A DNA stretch of 64,000 nt from Gemmatimonadaceae bacterium (GTDB lineage: Bacteria > Gemmatimonadota > Gemmatimonadetes > Gemmatimonadales > Gemmatimonadaceae), in assembly GCA_017881465.1 (NCBI GenBank), contig JADGQV010000002.1:6257-70256 (forward strand). The letters run 5' to 3'. The notes below the pieces were generated by a model. It searched no databases. It was given only the letters and a program-made list of their open reading frames with translations, and had not been told where the DNA came from. Shown here piece by piece: positions 53,588-63,354 of this stretch; position 1 is the first letter of the stretch; each line of letters opens with the position of its first letter. Both the position numbers and the translations under genes were made by a program.

Positions 53588-54472
53588 TCCCTTGATTTTA
53601 TCCAGAATCTTTGGTTGTTCCAGCGTGATGCTGGCTGCTTCAGCGAAAGCGTTTGCAAAAGCCATCACGCTTGGATACCGGGCTGCAGGCGACCGGGAAA
53701 GAGCGCGCATGACTACGGCGTCGAGCTCCGGCGCGAAATCGAACCCTCCCTCTCCTGCATCCTTCAGTGGGATAGGAGGCATGGTCAGGAGTTGAGTGAA
53801 CATTTCACGTGGCGCCTTGGCGGTATAAGGCAAACACCGCGTCAGCAGGAAATACGCGATCGTGGCGAGACTGTACTGGTCAGCCGCGGCCGTTACTATC
53901 TCGCCCGACAGAGCTTCGGGGGCGATGTACATGAGCGTACCGACAAAGAATCCAGCCCGGGTCAGACGTTCGTCAGTCGACGCTTGCGTGTCGGTCGCAA
54001 TTCCGAAGTCGAGCAGCTTCACTTGCCTGGTCTTCGGGTCGTACATCACGTTTTCGGGCTTCAGATCGCGATGTACGATGTTTGCGTCGTGAGCCGCCTG
54101 CACGCCGGCTGCTATCTGTGTAACAATGCTGGCGACTTCGTCTCTTGGAAGGGGCGCATTCTGCTTGGCATAGCGCTCCAAGATTTCACCTTCGGCCCAC
54201 TCAATTGCGAGAAAATGGAGACCGTCTGCTTCTCCTATCTCGATGGTCTCGACGACATTGGGATGCTTTACCCTGGCACCGTACTCTGCCTCGCGGACGA
54301 AACGGGCTACTGCTGTCTTGTCCTGGCGTAGTTTTTCCCGTAGCACTTTAACTGCTACGGTGCCATGATTGGGATGATCGGCAAGGTACACGGCGGATGT
54401 ACCGCCTTCACCTACCTCTTTCCTGATTGCATAGCCGGCGACCGAAGCACCGACCATTTGTTCTTGAGACAC
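53567..54472 (-). CDS. Serine/threonine protein kinase (kinase domain only)
   Basis: GEGGTSAVY..VAVKVL, HRDLKPENV, DFGIA and APE. The 3' end overlaps the histidine kinase gene by 21 nt. Confidence 0.88.
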   Translation of the reverse strand: MSQEQMVGASVAGYAIRKEVGEGGTSAVYLADHPNHGTVAVKVLREKLRQDKTAVARFVREAEYGARVKHPNVVETIEIGEADGLHFLAIEWAEGEILERYAKQNAPLPRDEVASIVTQIAAGVQAAHDANIVHRDLKPENVMYDPKTRQVKLLDFGIATDTQASTDERLTRAGFFVGTLMYIAPEALSGEIVTAAADQYSLATIAYFLLTRCLPYTAKAPREMFTQLLTMPPIPLKDAGEGGFDFAPELDAVVMRALSRSPAARYPSVMAFANAFAEAASITLEQPKILDKIKGLLRRNR

Positions 54473-54522
54473 GCCGCGAAGCTAATAGAAACCGGCAAGA
54501 CCGGATAGGGTATTAACTGCTC

Positions 54523-55908
54523 ATGCTGATTTCTGCCAAATATTGTCTGGGACTGCTTTTCCTTGGGACCACGGTTGTTAGTGGTTGCAGCTCCGCACTC
54601 TCGCGTGGCAACCCCCAGCCTAATCCAAGGGTACTTCCTCCTGCGGGAACCGCAACGCCGGATGTGAGCGAGCTCTATCGGGAGATTGGGTTGCTCGCTG
54701 CTCCCAGTCCTGTCGCGTTCGTCGGAAAGATTTCCTCTTTTGCAAGCGCATTTCCGGACACGACGCTCGTTCTGGTGAGTATTTCGATCCCCAACCGCGC
54801 GCTCACGTTTACCAGAGAAGGCGATCGGTATCGCGCCCCTTACGAGGTAAAGCTCAGCCTCAACCGTGGTGATATCGAGGCGGCAAACGTCAATGTGATG
54901 GAGATCGTTCGCGTCGGATCATTCCGGGAGGTAAACCGCACCGACGAGAGCATCATCTTCCAGCACTATTTTCATGTGCCGCCAGGGGTTTATGCGATCT
55001 CGGCAATGGTACGTGATATAGGCGGGTCACGAGGTGCAACTCAGCAGGCTACGATCACGGTTCCCGCGCTCGGAACGGGGCACCTCTCTACTCCAGTCGT
55101 TGTCTACGAAGCGACCGGAAGATCCAGCCTCGACTCTGCGCCAGGCCTGCTCGCAAGCCCGCGTTCGAGTGCAGTCTTCGGTCGCGACAGCACGGTGGCG
55201 ATTTATGTCGAAGCCTATGGTCAGGGAACTCGCCTGCCAGTCGATTTTGTCGTTCGCAACGACAAAGGAGTACAGCTGTTACGTGACTCCGCTACACTGG
55301 CGCGACGGGGGGCGCTATTCAGCGGTGTCGTGAGCGTGCCTATCTCGACTGTGGGTGTCGGCATCGCTCAGGTTTCTTTCACCCGGCGAGACGCCCCCGA
55401 CAGCGTGAAAACTCCACTGTTCGTGAGCTTCGGTGAAGACATTCCTCTCATGTCGTTCGAGGACATGCTTGGCTACCTGCGATTCTTTGCGAGCGCTGGC
55501 CGTCTCAGCGGGCTTCGAAATGCTCCGCCCGAGAGACGCGCAACCGTGTGGGCAGAATTTCTTCGTACAACTGATCCGATACCCGAAACGCCTATAAACG
55601 AAGATATGCAGGCGTATTTTGGCCGGATTCAGCTCGCGAATGCTCAATTTAGGATGGATCGGAATCCGGGTTGGCTCTCCGACCGCGGAATGGTGTTCGT
55701 AGCGTTGGGAGAGCCCGATCAAATCCTTGAGCGGAACGTGAATCAGACGATCTCAACCACGCAGATGGGGTCTACAGCGCGGCTTCAGATCTGGCAGTAC
55801 CGCAATTACAGCTCGCAGCTGATCTTCTATGAAGAAACCGGCAGATGGAGACTGACCAGGCCTAGCGAGACCGAATTTCTCGCGCTTAATGCCCGGCGGC
55901 AGCGATAG
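54523..55908 (+). CDS. GWxTD-domain protein, exported
   Basis: Signal/lipobox-like N-terminus (VVSGC). C-terminal GWLSDRGMVFVALGEPDQI matches the GWxTD signature. Confidence 0.72.
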   Translation: MLISAKYCLGLLFLGTTVVSGCSSALSRGNPQPNPRVLPPAGTATPDVSELYREIGLLAAPSPVAFVGKISSFASAFPDTTLVLVSISIPNRALTFTREGDRYRAPYEVKLSLNRGDIEAANVNVMEIVRVGSFREVNRTDESIIFQHYFHVPPGVYAISAMVRDIGGSRGATQQATITVPALGTGHLSTPVVVYEATGRSSLDSAPGLLASPRSSAVFGRDSTVAIYVEAYGQGTRLPVDFVVRNDKGVQLLRDSATLARRGALFSGVVSVPISTVGVGIAQVSFTRRDAPDSVKTPLFVSFGEDIPLMSFEDMLGYLRFFASAGRLSGLRNAPPERRATVWAEFLRTTDPIPETPINEDMQAYFGRIQLANAQFRMDRNPGWLSDRGMVFVALGEPDQILERNVNQTISTTQMGSTARLQIWQYRNYSSQLIFYEETGRWRLTRPSETEFLALNARRQR

Positions 55909-55990
55909 ATACGCTTCACTGACCGCCGCACAACTCTTCCAATAAACGCTCTCGTGCTCCTGCTAAAATAAGGGTGTTTATATTGACTCC

Positions 55991-58942
55991 ATGAAAGGTC
56001 CAGACAGCCCGCGACTGTTTCTGGTCGACGGTTACGCCCTCATCTACCGCGCCTTTTTCGCGCTCATTTCGCGGCCCCTGACTACAAGCAAAGGCGAGAA
56101 TACTTCTGCCAGCTGGGGGATCGCCAATTTTCTGCAGCGCCTTATCACCAAGCACCAGCCGGACTACCTCGGCTGGGTGCATGACTCGGGTCTCTCGTTC
56201 CGGCACGAGCGCTATCCCGCCTACAAGGCAACGCGCGAAAAACTGACGGAGGAGCTTCAGTCCGATTTCGATCGTGGTATGGAGCGCATCTCTCAGATGC
56301 TGGATGCCTACCGGATTCCGATCTTGTCGCTGCCCGGGTACGAAGCCGACGATGTAATCGGGACGCTCGTTGCAAGGAGCGTCGAAGCAGGGGTGAACGT
56401 GGTCGTGGTGTCCGGTGACAAGGACTTTCAGCAGCTGGTGAGACCCGGGGTCTGGTTGTTGAATCCCGGCCGCGGCGGACCCGCGAATGTCGAGGAGCAT
56501 TGGGTAGGGGTTGAAAACGCGGATGAGCGCCTTGGCGTCGCACCCGAATTCGTTACCGACTATCTCGCGCTGGTTGGTGATTCGTCGGACAATGTGCCCG
56601 GAGTGCGCGGAATTGGTGACAAGACAGCTTCCGAGCTGGTGAAACAGTACGGCCATCTCGAGTCGATTCTAGCCCACGCGGGGGAGATCACCAAGAAGCG
56701 TCCTCGGGAAGCCCTTCTCGAGCACGCCGACAATGCTCGGCTGTCGAAGGAATTAGTAACAATCCGCACCGATCTAGAGGTTCCATTCGACCTCGACTCG
56801 CTCGGGATAAAAACGCCAGATCACCATCGCCTTCGCGATCTGTTCATCGAGTTGGAATTTCATGCGCTGGCGAAGGACAGCGCCATACAGGCACCACAAG
56901 CCGAGGAGAAGCTGAAGAAGCTGGTCAACTATGTGACTATCGATACGGTTGAAGGATTGCAGCAGGCAGTCAATCGCGCGCGCGAGGCTAAGGCGATAGC
57001 CCTGGACACTGAAGTCGTGATTGATCCTGACAGTCCGCAAGCCGTCGATCCACTGCGTTCCTCGATCATCTCAATATCGATTGCCGTCGGCGAGGGAGAC
57101 GTGTACTACTTCCCACTTCGCCACCGACTGTCACGGAGGGGGCAGGGAGAGCTTCTTGTTGATGCCGTCGGAGATCGATTCGCTACCGATGCCCCGGAAG
57201 AACGTGGTCTTATCCTGGGTGGGGACGAGGTTTTCCCTGAAACGCCGTCGAAAAACAAGAAAACCAATAGCGATTTGACAAGCATCGCTGCCAGGATGTT
57301 GCGACAAAACCGCCCCACACAGGTCCGCAATCTTCCAGCGCTCGACTCGCCGGAGATGCAACCCCTCAAGGACCTTCTTGAAGATCCGTCGGTGCGAAAG
57401 ACTGCTCAGAATGCGAAGTTCGACCTGCTGGCACTTCGCTGCGCAGGTGTTCGGCTTGCCGGGTTGGATTTCGACACGATGCTGGCGAGCTACGTGCTTG
57501 ACCCAGGCCGCCGGTCCCACGGTCTTGATGTCCTAGCGCTCGAGTTTCTTGACTACACCATGACATCGTATGCGGATCTTTGCGGCAAGGGTCGTTCTGC
57601 GATTGCGTTCGACGAATGCCCTGTTGAAGCCGCTCGTGACTACTCGTGCGAAAAGGCGGACATGGCCCTGCGTCTTCGGAGGATATTCGAGCCCCAGCTC
57701 GAATCGCACGAGCTGACACGCCTCCTGGATGGCGTCGAGATTCCTCTCATCAACGTCCTGGCCGAGATGGAATGGACGGGAATTGCGATCGATTTGCCGT
57801 GGTTCTCGTCGCTTAAGCAGCGCTTTCAGGCTGAGCGCGAATCCGTCGAGAAACAGATCTACGAAACAGCGGGAACAGAATTCAACATCAACTCGAACCC
57901 TCAGCTGCGGGAGATACTTTTCGACAAGTTGAATCTGCCGATTCTGAAAAGAACAAGCACGGGTCCATCTACGGATGCCAGTGTTCTCACCGAGCTGGCT
58001 GAAGATGGCCACGTGCTGCCGACGCTCCTGATGGAATACCGGGAGCTGTCAAAGCTCGAGAACACCTATCTCGATGCCTTGCCACGCCTTGTCAACCCGA
58101 AGACGGGACGGCTTCATACCTCATTCAATCAGACCGTCGCTTCAACGGGGCGGCTCTCGTCAAGCGATCCGAATCTTCAGAACATTCCAATCCGGCGAGA
58201 GTTGGGTCGTGACATTCGGCGCGGATTCATACCGCGAAAAGGCTGGCAACTCCTGGCCGCGGATTATTCACAAATCGAGCTCCGCCTTCTCGCCCACCTT
58301 TCGCAGGATCCTGCGTTTGTGGAAGCCTTCCAGGCTGGCGGTGACATCCACCGCCAGACAGCGGCGCTGATCTTCGACGTGCCTCTGACCGAAGTAAGCG
58401 GCACAATGCGTAGCCGCGCTAAGACGATCAACTTCGCTACGATCTACGGTCAGGGTCCGCACGCACTTTCCAGGCAACTTGGTATTGAGCATGCCGAGGC
58501 AAAGGAGTTCATTGCTCGCTACTTCGAGCGGTTTCAGGGCGTGCGGAATTATCTCGATGCTATGATCGCGTTTGCCCGCGAGAACGGATATGTGCAAACG
58601 ATCTTTGGACGGCGACGGTATATCCCGGAGCTGCGCGAGCGGAACTTCAACATCCGCGCATTTGGGGAGAGGACAGCTGCCAATTCACCGATCCAAGGCT
58701 CAGCAGCCGATCTGATCAAGATCGCTATGATCAGGATCGATGACGGGCTCAGGATGAAAGAGCTACAGAGCAAGATGCTTCTGCAGGTTCACGATGAGCT
58801 TGTCTTCGAAGTGTTGCCGGACGAAATGGATCAGGTTCAGGAGCTCGTGAAATACGAGATGGAACATGCGGCCCAACTTTCCGTCCCGCTCGTGGTCGAT
58901 CTCGGAGTCGGAAAAAATTGGCTCGACACGAAGCTCTCCTGA
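55991..58942 (+). CDS. polA: DNA polymerase I
   Basis: 5'-nuclease domain (LFLVDGYALIYRAFFA), 3'-5' exonuclease region, and polymerase motifs DYSQIELR, RSRAKTINFATIYG and QVHDELVFE. Confidence 0.97.
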   Translation: MKGPDSPRLFLVDGYALIYRAFFALISRPLTTSKGENTSASWGIANFLQRLITKHQPDYLGWVHDSGLSFRHERYPAYKATREKLTEELQSDFDRGMERISQMLDAYRIPILSLPGYEADDVIGTLVARSVEAGVNVVVVSGDKDFQQLVRPGVWLLNPGRGGPANVEEHWVGVENADERLGVAPEFVTDYLALVGDSSDNVPGVRGIGDKTASELVKQYGHLESILAHAGEITKKRPREALLEHADNARLSKELVTIRTDLEVPFDLDSLGIKTPDHHRLRDLFIELEFHALAKDSAIQAPQAEEKLKKLVNYVTIDTVEGLQQAVNRAREAKAIALDTEVVIDPDSPQAVDPLRSSIISISIAVGEGDVYYFPLRHRLSRRGQGELLVDAVGDRFATDAPEERGLILGGDEVFPETPSKNKKTNSDLTSIAARMLRQNRPTQVRNLPALDSPEMQPLKDLLEDPSVRKTAQNAKFDLLALRCAGVRLAGLDFDTMLASYVLDPGRRSHGLDVLALEFLDYTMTSYADLCGKGRSAIAFDECPVEAARDYSCEKADMALRLRRIFEPQLESHELTRLLDGVEIPLINVLAEMEWTGIAIDLPWFSSLKQRFQAERESVEKQIYETAGTEFNINSNPQLREILFDKLNLPILKRTSTGPSTDASVLTELAEDGHVLPTLLMEYRELSKLENTYLDALPRLVNPKTGRLHTSFNQTVASTGRLSSSDPNLQNIPIRRELGRDIRRGFIPRKGWQLLAADYSQIELRLLAHLSQDPAFVEAFQAGGDIHRQTAALIFDVPLTEVSGTMRSRAKTINFATIYGQGPHALSRQLGIEHAEAKEFIARYFERFQGVRNYLDAMIAFARENGYVQTIFGRRRYIPELRERNFNIRAFGERTAANSPIQGSAADLIKIAMIRIDDGLRMKELQSKMLLQVHDELVFEVLPDEMDQVQELVKYEMEHAAQLSVPLVVDLGVGKNWLDTKLS

Positions 58943-58943
58943 G

Positions 58944-59918
58944 CTAGTAACGGCGTGGGTGCTGCTCGAACGCCGCCCAGTATGCGCCGCTGAGTAAGCT
59001 CGCGAGATAGAGAAAGCTGATCCAGAAGGAATGGATGAGCACACCGAGGATCGTGAGATGGATGGCGTACGTGAGAAGCACGAATCCGATTCCAAACATT
59101 ATCGTCAGCATTGCAGGCTGATCAGCGTCGGTACTCCGCTTCACCGCGATGCTCCTTGCGATTCTCACCGGGAATTGGTGAGTGAGACGGCCCCAGGAAG
59201 CTGCGAGGGTAATAAGCTTCTCTTTCAGCGAGCTGTTACTTTGCCTGACAATGTCCCCTTCGGGGAGAGGTAGCGCGGCCTCTTCCGATACGCTCCGAAG
59301 CCGCCTGGCGATCTCTTCGGTCAGGGCAACGTGGTTGGTGTTCGGCCACGAGTCCATCTCAATCGGCTCTCCGACATGCACTCCGGCGATTGTGCCCGGT
59401 ACGCCCTTGTCCTCGAATACGAGTCCGAGCGGAAGGATCGTGACTCCCTTGATTGAACGCTTATCTCTGGCTTGAAGAGCGAGTCTTGCCAGACCCGTCT
59501 TGAGCGGCTCGAGACCCACTTCATTGTGGCTCTTCCCTTCTGGAAAAATGAGCACCGCTCCACGTTGCCCGAGGAGATTCAGAATTTCTCGAAAGGCTCC
59601 AGTGTTGCGAGAATGATCGGCGGGAGATCCGTTCGACTTCTGGGCTTCATCGTTTACCCTGCTAAGTGGCACGACTCCGAGAACTCTGAACACCAAGGCA
59701 ACCAGCGGATTCCTAACGAGTGTAGCCTTGGCAGTCATCGCAATTCGGCGCGGCACGACCCACGCTACGATCAGCGAATCGACAAGCGCATTCTGATGAT
59801 TCACCGCGATGAGAAGCGGAGCACTGGCCGGAATCATGTGCCTACCCGTGACACGGATGTCGCGATAGAACCAGTGAAGCGCAATTCCATTGACCCACCT
59901 CAACCCATTGTAGATCAT
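58944..59918 (-). CDS. Lysophospholipid (1-acyl-sn-glycerol-3-phosphate) acyltransferase-family protein with C-terminal TM helices
   Basis: AVNHQNALVDS acyltransferase His/Asp motif and IFPEGKSH. ATGA overlap with the upstream MFS gene. Confidence 0.78.
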   Translation of the reverse strand: MIYNGLRWVNGIALHWFYRDIRVTGRHMIPASAPLLIAVNHQNALVDSLIVAWVVPRRIAMTAKATLVRNPLVALVFRVLGVVPLSRVNDEAQKSNGSPADHSRNTGAFREILNLLGQRGAVLIFPEGKSHNEVGLEPLKTGLARLALQARDKRSIKGVTILPLGLVFEDKGVPGTIAGVHVGEPIEMDSWPNTNHVALTEEIARRLRSVSEEAALPLPEGDIVRQSNSSLKEKLITLAASWGRLTHQFPVRIARSIAVKRSTDADQPAMLTIMFGIGFVLLTYAIHLTILGVLIHSFWISFLYLASLLSGAYWAAFEQHPRRY

Positions 59919-61384
59919 GGCGATCGGACAGTTTGGGTGAAATTGTCAGGAACACCGCGCAACATCCAAAGCGCGAGCGTCATTCCAATCGCGACCGTCA
60001 TTACGCCAGCTCTGTAAGCGAAGCCGATTCCCATTGAAGGCGTAAGTCCATCTACTGCGAGCGCCCACACGAATGGACCTACTACCGCCGCGGCTCGCGA
60101 AGAGAGAACCATGAGGCTGAAGAAACGTCCCGCCTCGACATCAGGAACCAGACTGAGAAGTAGAGGGCGCTCCGCCGTGGCAACTCCTCCATAGATCAGG
60201 CCTATGCAGGCGCCCACAACCCAGAAGGCGGTTCTCGTCGGAACGATGATCATCGAGAGAAGAAGCAGGATCCAACCGGCAATGACCCACGAAAGAGTTC
60301 TCTTGGGCCCAAATCGGTCTACCAGTCGTCCGATGCCGTAACTCCCGATGACTGCTGGAACAGTGAGAATGACGAACAACGTCGCCTCGGAGCCCTTCAT
60401 GAATCCCATCGCGAAGATTGCGTAAAGTGCCATATTCGTGATGATCGTTCCCATGGCGTCCTGATACAGGAAAGATGTCAGGATGAATCTCAGCGTTCCG
60501 GGATACTTCTTTGCCTCATCTAGCGTGTGCCGGACATCGCGAAAAGCTTCGCGCCACGCGATGTGCCGCTTTCCGTGGATCACGTTGTGATCTCGACAGA
60601 AGAGAAAGAGTGGTAACGAGAAGAGAAGGAAAAGAATTGCGGTCGGTACGAATGTGGAAACACGACCGCCGTGCATCGTGAAGGGAACCGCGCTTCTCAG
60701 GAAACCGATAACCCGGTCCGGAATTGTTCCGAGTATTGGTATTTCGCCTGTGAAAAATGGAAATGTCAGTAGAACGCCGGTAATCGAACCGACATATCCT
60801 AATGCGGCGCCCATACCAGAAAGCCGACCACGATGGTCAACCGGAACCAGCTCCGGCATCATCGCATTATAAAACGGCTGTGCTCCCTGATACGCGTAGT
60901 TCGCAATCGTAAAAGCCGCAAGCACTCCAAAGAGAGCGATGCCAGGTGATAACAACTGATGAGATGCGGTCGCAGTTACACCCTCTCCAATCAATGGCAA
61001 GCCTGTCTCGCCTAGGATGGCCATTACGACCGTTGATAGACACGCGATCAATGTGAAGCCGACTACCCACGGCTTCCGTCGCTGGGTCGCATCAGAAATT
61101 GCGCCGAATAATGGGATCGATACGACGACGAGCGCGGATGCAATTCCATTCACTGTTGCGTACAGCGTATTCGAGTGTCCCAGATCTTCTATGAGCCACA
61201 CGGAAAAGTAGAGTGTGGCAATGTTCATGGAAAACACCGTATTCGCGAAATCATAGAGTGCCCAGCTGAGCCGCTCTCTGAAGGGCGCAAGGGGTGGATT
61301 GAAGTCTCCGGCCGGAGTGACGCTGAGAATGGCGCCAGGGGCTTCTTCTGTTTTAGTGATCGAACCCATTGTCACCGATTCCAT
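59915..61384 (-). CDS. MFS transporter, UMF1/Atg22-like family
   Basis: About 12 TM segments. The N-terminal WALYDFANTVFS motif is typical of this family. Confidence 0.8.
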   Translation of the reverse strand: MESVTMGSITKTEEAPGAILSVTPAGDFNPPLAPFRERLSWALYDFANTVFSMNIATLYFSVWLIEDLGHSNTLYATVNGIASALVVVSIPLFGAISDATQRRKPWVVGFTLIACLSTVVMAILGETGLPLIGEGVTATASHQLLSPGIALFGVLAAFTIANYAYQGAQPFYNAMMPELVPVDHRGRLSGMGAALGYVGSITGVLLTFPFFTGEIPILGTIPDRVIGFLRSAVPFTMHGGRVSTFVPTAILFLLFSLPLFLFCRDHNVIHGKRHIAWREAFRDVRHTLDEAKKYPGTLRFILTSFLYQDAMGTIITNMALYAIFAMGFMKGSEATLFVILTVPAVIGSYGIGRLVDRFGPKRTLSWVIAGWILLLLSMIIVPTRTAFWVVGACIGLIYGGVATAERPLLLSLVPDVEAGRFFSLMVLSSRAAAVVGPFVWALAVDGLTPSMGIGFAYRAGVMTVAIGMTLALWMLRGVPDNFTQTVRSP

Positions 61385-61513
61385 TGTTAGCCTCTTGCGG
61401 TGGCCTCACATATGTACTCTACATCGGTCGGTGGTGGCACTCAAATACGTACGGTGACGTAGCAGGCGTTACGTACTCTCGACGCTGTAGGAAGTCGACG
61501 ACAAATTACTCCC

Positions 61514-62437
61514 ATGATGCTTCGTGCAGCGGGTCTCTCTTTGCCGGTACTGCTGCTTATCAGCATGGCCGCGTGTCAGGACAAGGGACAAGACAAAGCC
61601 GACTCGACTGGAGCATCACTCCCACCGGTTTACCCGTCGAGCCCTTTGGGGAATACGAAGTGGAACGTGGATGCCGGGCCGGTGATGATCGTCTCTGTTG
61701 GAAGCGGAGGCGATAGCATAGCCGTTGTGCTCCCCGAAGCAACGGACAGCACGGTTGCGTCGTTTCAAGGCATCAGTCCACCAATTTTAGGTCTCACGTT
61801 CGATCTGTTTGGAAGAGGTGGGAGAATCGGATCGTCTATTGCCGCGTTACCGCTTCCACCAGTTGATACGAAGCAGGAATGTTACTCATGGCCTCTGGCC
61901 AAACTTCAATCGGCGCATTCAAACTGGCGAGTCGGATTTGCAAGTGGATATGTTCACGCAATCATGCTTGACTCAATCGAAGCAATGCCGAGCGGTGATT
62001 CGGCTGCGCTCGCAGTGTCTCTTGCGCAAACAGCGGCAACCCTGCCCTTTGCCTCGGATCCGACGTTCAGAGGACTTCCATTCAGAGTGCGTTCAGCGTA
62101 CACGTTCCGGCTGGATTCGGTCGACGTAATGATCGCGGATGTGGTGCGAAGCGTGAATGAGGAAGCGAATCCGAGGCTCGAGCATCTCCTCCTCATCGGT
62201 GAACGACCAGCGAGGACGAGCAGCAAGTACAACATCGGTTACTACAACAGAACGGCAGGTGCCGAAGAGTCCACGCAAGCGACGGAGGTTCTAACGGCAG
62301 TGGAGATTGGAGCGGCGAAACGCCCTGCCATCATCGTGAACATCGAATACGACGACGGTGGTAAACTCGGGCTGATTGAGCGCACCGGTCCCGGTCAATG
62401 GCGCGCTACGTGGAGAAGCGCCTACACAGATTGCTAG
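61514..62437 (+). CDS. Hypothetical lipoprotein
   Basis: MMLRAAGLSLPVLLLISMAAC signal/lipobox. No recognisable domain. Confidence 0.55.
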   Translation: MMLRAAGLSLPVLLLISMAACQDKGQDKADSTGASLPPVYPSSPLGNTKWNVDAGPVMIVSVGSGGDSIAVVLPEATDSTVASFQGISPPILGLTFDLFGRGGRIGSSIAALPLPPVDTKQECYSWPLAKLQSAHSNWRVGFASGYVHAIMLDSIEAMPSGDSAALAVSLAQTAATLPFASDPTFRGLPFRVRSAYTFRLDSVDVMIADVVRSVNEEANPRLEHLLLIGERPARTSSKYNIGYYNRTAGAEESTQATEVLTAVEIGAAKRPAIIVNIEYDDGGKLGLIERTGPGQWRATWRSAYTDC

Positions 62438-62473
62438 ATCTCCGCCGCTGTCGCTCGACGCAGAGATAGTTGG

Positions 62474-63247
62474 CTACAGACCCGTTGGTGCGCTGACAAA
62501 ACTCGATGAAACACCGTACCTCTCTCCGAGATGCTCCGCTAGCGCGCGGACGCCAAGCGTCTCGGTTGCGTAATGTCCCGCATAGATGATCGCGAGCTCG
62601 TTCTCCTCAGCGTAGACGGCGGTCCAATGCGGACCCTCACCAACGATGAGGGTGTCGATTTTCATCTCACGTGCTTCCTTGAGAGTTTCGACCGACGCGC
62701 CGGCGCCAGTGCAGATTGCCCATCGCCTCGTTTGGCGGTTCCTTCCAATTGGTGTCGTCCGTATCTCGCTCCCGTGATTCCTCACGAATTTTCGAGCTCG
62801 CTCAGCAAGTGCCATAGTCTCGATCTCACTCTCTCCGCTCACGCCGATGAAGATTCCTTCGAACCCGGCGAAAGGCGCGCTTGGTGTAAGGCCAAACTGC
62901 TTCGCGAGCAGCACGTTGTTGCCAAGGGTTGGATGCCGATCGAGCGGCAGATGCGATGAATAGACCGCAATATCATTCTCGACCAGAAGTTGCAGCCGTC
63001 GGTACGTTGAGCCCCTGAGTGGATTCTGGCCGTCCCAAAACATTCCATGGTGAACGATGAGCAGATTGGCGTTGGTCGCGATAGCGCCATTTATGGCTCG
63101 GGTTGAGAAATCCACCGCCGCTGCAATGCCCGCGATTTCTGATCGATTCTCCAATTGGAGGCCGTTCAAAGCGCCGGGGTAGTCGGGTGTGATTTCACTC
63201 TCCAAAAACTCGTCCGCGTACTCCGCGATCTCGAGGATTCTCGTCAT
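62474..63247 (-). CDS. Nif3-like dinuclear metal centre protein (YbgI family)
   Basis: LLIVHHGMFW, HLPLDRHPTLGNN and AGHYATE align with E. coli YbgI. Confidence 0.88.
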   Translation of the reverse strand: MTRILEIAEYADEFLESEITPDYPGALNGLQLENRSEIAGIAAAVDFSTRAINGAIATNANLLIVHHGMFWDGQNPLRGSTYRRLQLLVENDIAVYSSHLPLDRHPTLGNNVLLAKQFGLTPSAPFAGFEGIFIGVSGESEIETMALAERARKFVRNHGSEIRTTPIGRNRQTRRWAICTGAGASVETLKEAREMKIDTLIVGEGPHWTAVYAEENELAIIYAGHYATETLGVRALAEHLGERYGVSSSFVSAPTGL

Positions 63248-63354
63248 TGACCTAGGTGTATATTTGTGTGGAGAACCACTAGCCTAGTACGACTTCCATC
63301 AAGCTAACCCCTTGTATAGCAATGTGTTACGGCTCAGGTTCATAACTCTGTTGA

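Noticed and set aside
55916-56656. 246-aa minus-strand ORF overlapping the 5' part of polA.
   Set aside because: It lies wholly antisense to the 5'-nuclease domain of a confidently identified polA and has no recognisable motif.
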